DNA of 64,000 nucleotides from an uncultured delta proteobacterium (GTDB lineage Bacteria; Desulfobacterota; Binatia; UBA9968): NCBI GenBank assembly GCA_963840855.1, contig CAWJBB010000040.1, positions 32,001 to 96,000 of the forward strand, read 5' to 3'. Shown piece by piece: positions 61,177 to 64,000 of this stretch (position 1 is its first letter; each line of letters starts with the position of its first letter). The notes under the pieces were generated by a model. It saw only the letters and a program-made list of their open reading frames with translations, ran no database searches and was not told where the DNA came from. The position numbers and the translations under genes were made by a program.

Positions 61177-61784
61177 CTTGCAACTGGTGGCATAGCGTAC
61201 CATGTCCTAAACCGACGGGTTACTCGGTTGGCGCTGTTCGAAAAACCCGCAGACTATCGTGCCTTTGAGAAAATTCTCGGCGAAGCCGTCGAGCGAACCA
61301 ATATACGGATTGCGCCGTATTGTTTGATGCCGAATCACTGGCATTTGCTGTTGTGGCCGCGCGACGATGGAGAGCTTTCCGAGGTGATGCGATGGATCAC
61401 CGTAACGCATACGCAACGCTGGCATGCACACCGTCATTCGTCGGGTAGCGGGCCGGTATATCAGGGGCGATTCAAGTCTTTTCCGGTTCAGACCGACGAG
61501 CATTTTCTTACGGTCGCCAGATATGTGGAGCGTAACGCTGTGCGGCCCGGGTTAGTTGGACGGGCGGAATACTGGTAGTGGTCGAGTCTGTGGCGGTTAT
61601 CGCGGGAGAATGAAAAGTCATGTGAAATTTTGAGTCAATGGCCGATGGAGCGACCAAAGGACTGGATTCAATTCGTGAACGAGCCAGAGCGAGAATCGGA
61701 GTTAGAGGACATGCGGTCAAGCGCGCAGCGAAGCCGACCGTATGGTAGTGAAGACTGGATGATCAAGACGCCGGGAAAAAGCTA
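61177..61784 (+). pseudogene. RAYT transposase pseudogene (start lost, in-frame TAG at 61576)
   Basis: YHVLNR, YCLMPNHWHL, YQGRFKSF, RYVERN, W*WSS, RPYG. Confidence 0.85.
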
Positions 61785-61827
61785 AGAATTTTCGGCGAAA
61801 CCGCTGTGTTTAAGAATCGGCCACTGT

Positions 61828-62901
61828 TCAACGGTAGAGGTCGGTCGTGTGGTATTGCATTTTTTCTAATTGCAGCGCGAGCCCTTCGATTTGCTCCTGC
61901 CAATAGTGCTCGGTACCGAAGGCAGGAAACGCCATTTTGAAAGCGCTGTCTGCCCAGCGGCGCGCGATCCACGCGGAAAAGTGAATCATGCGAAGCGCCC
62001 GCAACGGCTCGATGAGCTGCATCGTCGTCATGTCGAAAGTTCTGATCTGTTCGTAGGCATCGAGCAAGATACGCCTTTGCTCTTTCCCGTAGTCATCGTC
62101 TCCGCCCGTGAGCATCCAGATGTCTTGAACGGGAGGTGCGTAGAGCGTGTCGTCGAAATCGATGAAGTACGGATCGTCTCTATTCCACAAAATATTTCCG
62201 GAGTGGCAATCCCCGTGGAGCAGAACATACTTGACGTCCTTGAAACGAGGAGTAATTGCGTCGCAGATCTGCGCTACGATCGTTTCGAAGCGACTTGCGA
62301 GTTCCATCGGAACGAAGTTTCCGTCTTTTAAGAACTTCGAAGGGTCCCGCCCATAAGTTTGAGGGTCAAGCCGTAACCGGGGGGCGGCTTTTACCGTCGC
62401 CCCGACGTTATGAAGGCGAGCCATGAACCTTCCCAGGCGCGTGAGCTGTTCCGTAGTCAGTTCCGGCTCAAGTCGCCCTGGACGCTTCGGGAAGATTGTG
62501 AACATCACTCCGCTAATTTCGAAAATACTTTGTCCCTTGTTGTCCGTGAGCGGGCAGACGATAGGAATTTCGCTTGCTTCGAGGCCCTTCAGAAAATCGT
62601 GCTCGGCCTGAATGGTGGCGCGGCTCCAGCGGCCGGGGCGGTAAAATTTGATGATGACGTGCGGGCCTTCTTCCATCTCGATGTCGTACACACGGTTTTC
62701 CAGCGCATTGAGCGCGTAGAAACGGCCCGTGCAACGCCCGCCCAATTTCTCGGCGGCGTCGAAAATGACTTCTGGAAGAATCTGCAGGAAGTTGTCTAGC
62801 ATAGCCTTCATCCTAGACGAGCGTACCCTTTTTGTATACTCCCGTTTGATGGTCGTCGTCTCCGGGGTCTGACTTTTATGGGGGGGTATGAGTTCAGACA
62901 T
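61828..62901 (-). CDS. srkA: SrkA/RdoA serine/threonine kinase (true start may be 62802 or 62811)
   Basis: ALNALENRVY, KFYRPGRWS, LHGDCHSGN, IDFDD, PPVQDIWML, IEPLRALR. Confidence 0.85.
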   Translation of the reverse strand: MSELIPPHKSQTPETTTIKREYTKRVRSSRMKAMLDNFLQILPEVIFDAAEKLGGRCTGRFYALNALENRVYDIEMEEGPHVIIKFYRPGRWSRATIQAEHDFLKGLEASEIPIVCPLTDNKGQSIFEISGVMFTIFPKRPGRLEPELTTEQLTRLGRFMARLHNVGATVKAAPRLRLDPQTYGRDPSKFLKDGNFVPMELASRFETIVAQICDAITPRFKDVKYVLLHGDCHSGNILWNRDDPYFIDFDDTLYAPPVQDIWMLTGGDDDYGKEQRRILLDAYEQIRTFDMTTMQLIEPLRALRMIHFSAWIARRWADSAFKMAFPAFGTEHYWQEQIEGLALQLEKMQYHTTDLYR

Positions 62902-63329
62902 AACAATCTTGGTAGCAATTCAGGGCGCTGTACCGAGAACACGATACAAGTTCTGCTTGCTTGGGGCCAGGGGGCTTCAGGATTCTTGACGGCTCAATCT
63001 CTTTCGCGCTATTCGAGTATCAGCAGAAAGGCGCCCCGGTCCCCTAGGTGAGGACGGACCCTATTCTCGCGAAAGGCAACTCCGGCCGTGGGAACAAAAA
63101 GCGGTCACCATTCGAAGGCGGTGATCAAGAGGCAAGACCTTACCTGCGAGAACAAATCTCGTTATTCCCTCTTTTTCAACTCGTCGGGTCAGTGATCTCT
63201 GGTTGACGCGTCCCTGTTTTCAATCAGTCGGTGTCGGAGCCTGGTCCGTACCAGTCACCCATCAGGTTCAAGGCCATGGGAGATTTCAAAAAGTGAATTT
63301 TCCCCGCCCCTGACAAGTCTCCTTCCCCA

Positions 63330-63842
63330 TTAAGGTGTGTTCTTCCAATTCATGATGTAGCGTTCTTGTTCGCGTGTCTCAGGTGAGATTCTAGAAACCG
63401 ACTTGGGACACTGCTGCCAAAGTTCACGAAGGCGCAAAAGAGCGGATTTTCCATCGCCGCAGTTTCGCGTCAACCAGCAGCCGACGATCAGTCCGGTTCG
63501 ACCGACACCTCCCCAGCAGTGAACATAGACGGTCCTGCCCTGTGAAATGTGGGAGTCAATGGCATCAAGAATCGATACTGTTACCTTTTTCGAGCGCGGC
63601 ACCGAAATATCCCGTATCGGAAATCGTTGATAGGACACTCCCTTGTGCGCCTGGAGATATTCCTTATATGGCAGTAGCCCCTCGGTTTTCTCGGTCAGGT
63701 CAATAAAGGCAGTGACCCCTGCACCGACCAAAGCATCAATCTTCTTTCGTGAGGAGTCTGCGTCGCGGTCACGCGGATATTCGCCAGCCAAAAACTTGCT
63801 TTGAACCACCCAGTAGCAGTGCTTTATAGGTTGATTCGTCAT
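63330..63842 (-). CDS. Dual-specificity/protein-tyrosine phosphatase family protein
   Basis: [16 protein letters not shown] (CX5R), SPETREQ. Confidence 0.9.
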   Translation of the reverse strand: MTNQPIKHCYWVVQSKFLAGEYPRDRDADSSRKKIDALVGAGVTAFIDLTEKTEGLLPYKEYLQAHKGVSYQRFPIRDISVPRSKKVTVSILDAIDSHISQGRTVYVHCWGGVGRTGLIVGCWLTRNCGDGKSALLRLRELWQQCPKSVSRISPETREQERYIMNWKNTP

Positions 63843-64000
63843 TTTGGCACGCCTCTAACCACGAGTTTTAGCAGTTTATCTGCGAAAGATTCGATTAAGG
63901 CGCGATGCGCGAGATTGTCCCGCCAAAGCTTGGGAATACTCTGCTCGCCGTAGAAAACGCCTGCTAATTGGCCGTAAATGGCGCCCGTCGTATCGGCGTC
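63839..64000 (-). CDS. ADP-ribosylglycohydrolase C-terminal end (runs off window)
   Basis: Manual translation [30 protein letters not shown] overlap with the phosphatase. Confidence 0.85.
   Translation of the reverse strand, partial: DADTTGAIYGQLAGVFYGEQSIPKLWRDNLAHRALIESFADKLLKLVVRGVPK

Noticed and set aside
63060-63290. c-di-GMP-I riboswitch or 6S RNA
   Set aside because: Only scattered short similarities, in the wrong order. The GNRA/receptor layout and the 6S long complementary arms are not evident.
1-64000. CRISPR array
   Set aside because: The repeats are dispersed or short-period tandem. There are no regularly spaced 25-45 bp repeats with unique spacers and no cas genes.

Overview
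A GC-rich bacterial accessory region. The expanded Bug/TctC binding proteins, UbiD, molybdo-hydroxylase and repeat families are suggestive of Candidatus Binatia-like Deltaproteobacteria (inference only). 1-10.7 kb: UbiD 3' end, a CoxS/L/M-type molybdo-hydroxylase, MFS and ABC binding protein, CoxG-like protein and a frameshifted TPP enzyme. 10.8-33.4 kb: a patchwork built on remnants of two IS91/ISCR (rolling-circle HUH) subtypes with seven oriIS-like ends. They bracket or internally enclose unrelated cargo: a 1319-aa toxin-like protein, a TIR protein, catabolic enzymes, and clipped fragments of bioB, ligD and others. 35-51 kb and 60-61 kb: a dense toxin-antitoxin cluster mixed with REP-like palindromes, MITEs, one intact RAYT and several RAYT stubs, plus a DUF4338-ISAs1 transposase and a UvrD fragment both cut by a full-length IS21. 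The rest is Bug proteins, an amidohydrolase, SrkA kinase, a tyrosine phosphatase and an ADP-ribosylglycohydrolase end. The most interesting signal is that HUH-transposase stubs (IS91 and RAYT) repeatedly sit at cargo junctions, with recurrent breakpoints, resembling Helitron-like gene capture. Assembly chimerism is the main alternative explanation. No CRISPR, rRNA or tRNA was seen.
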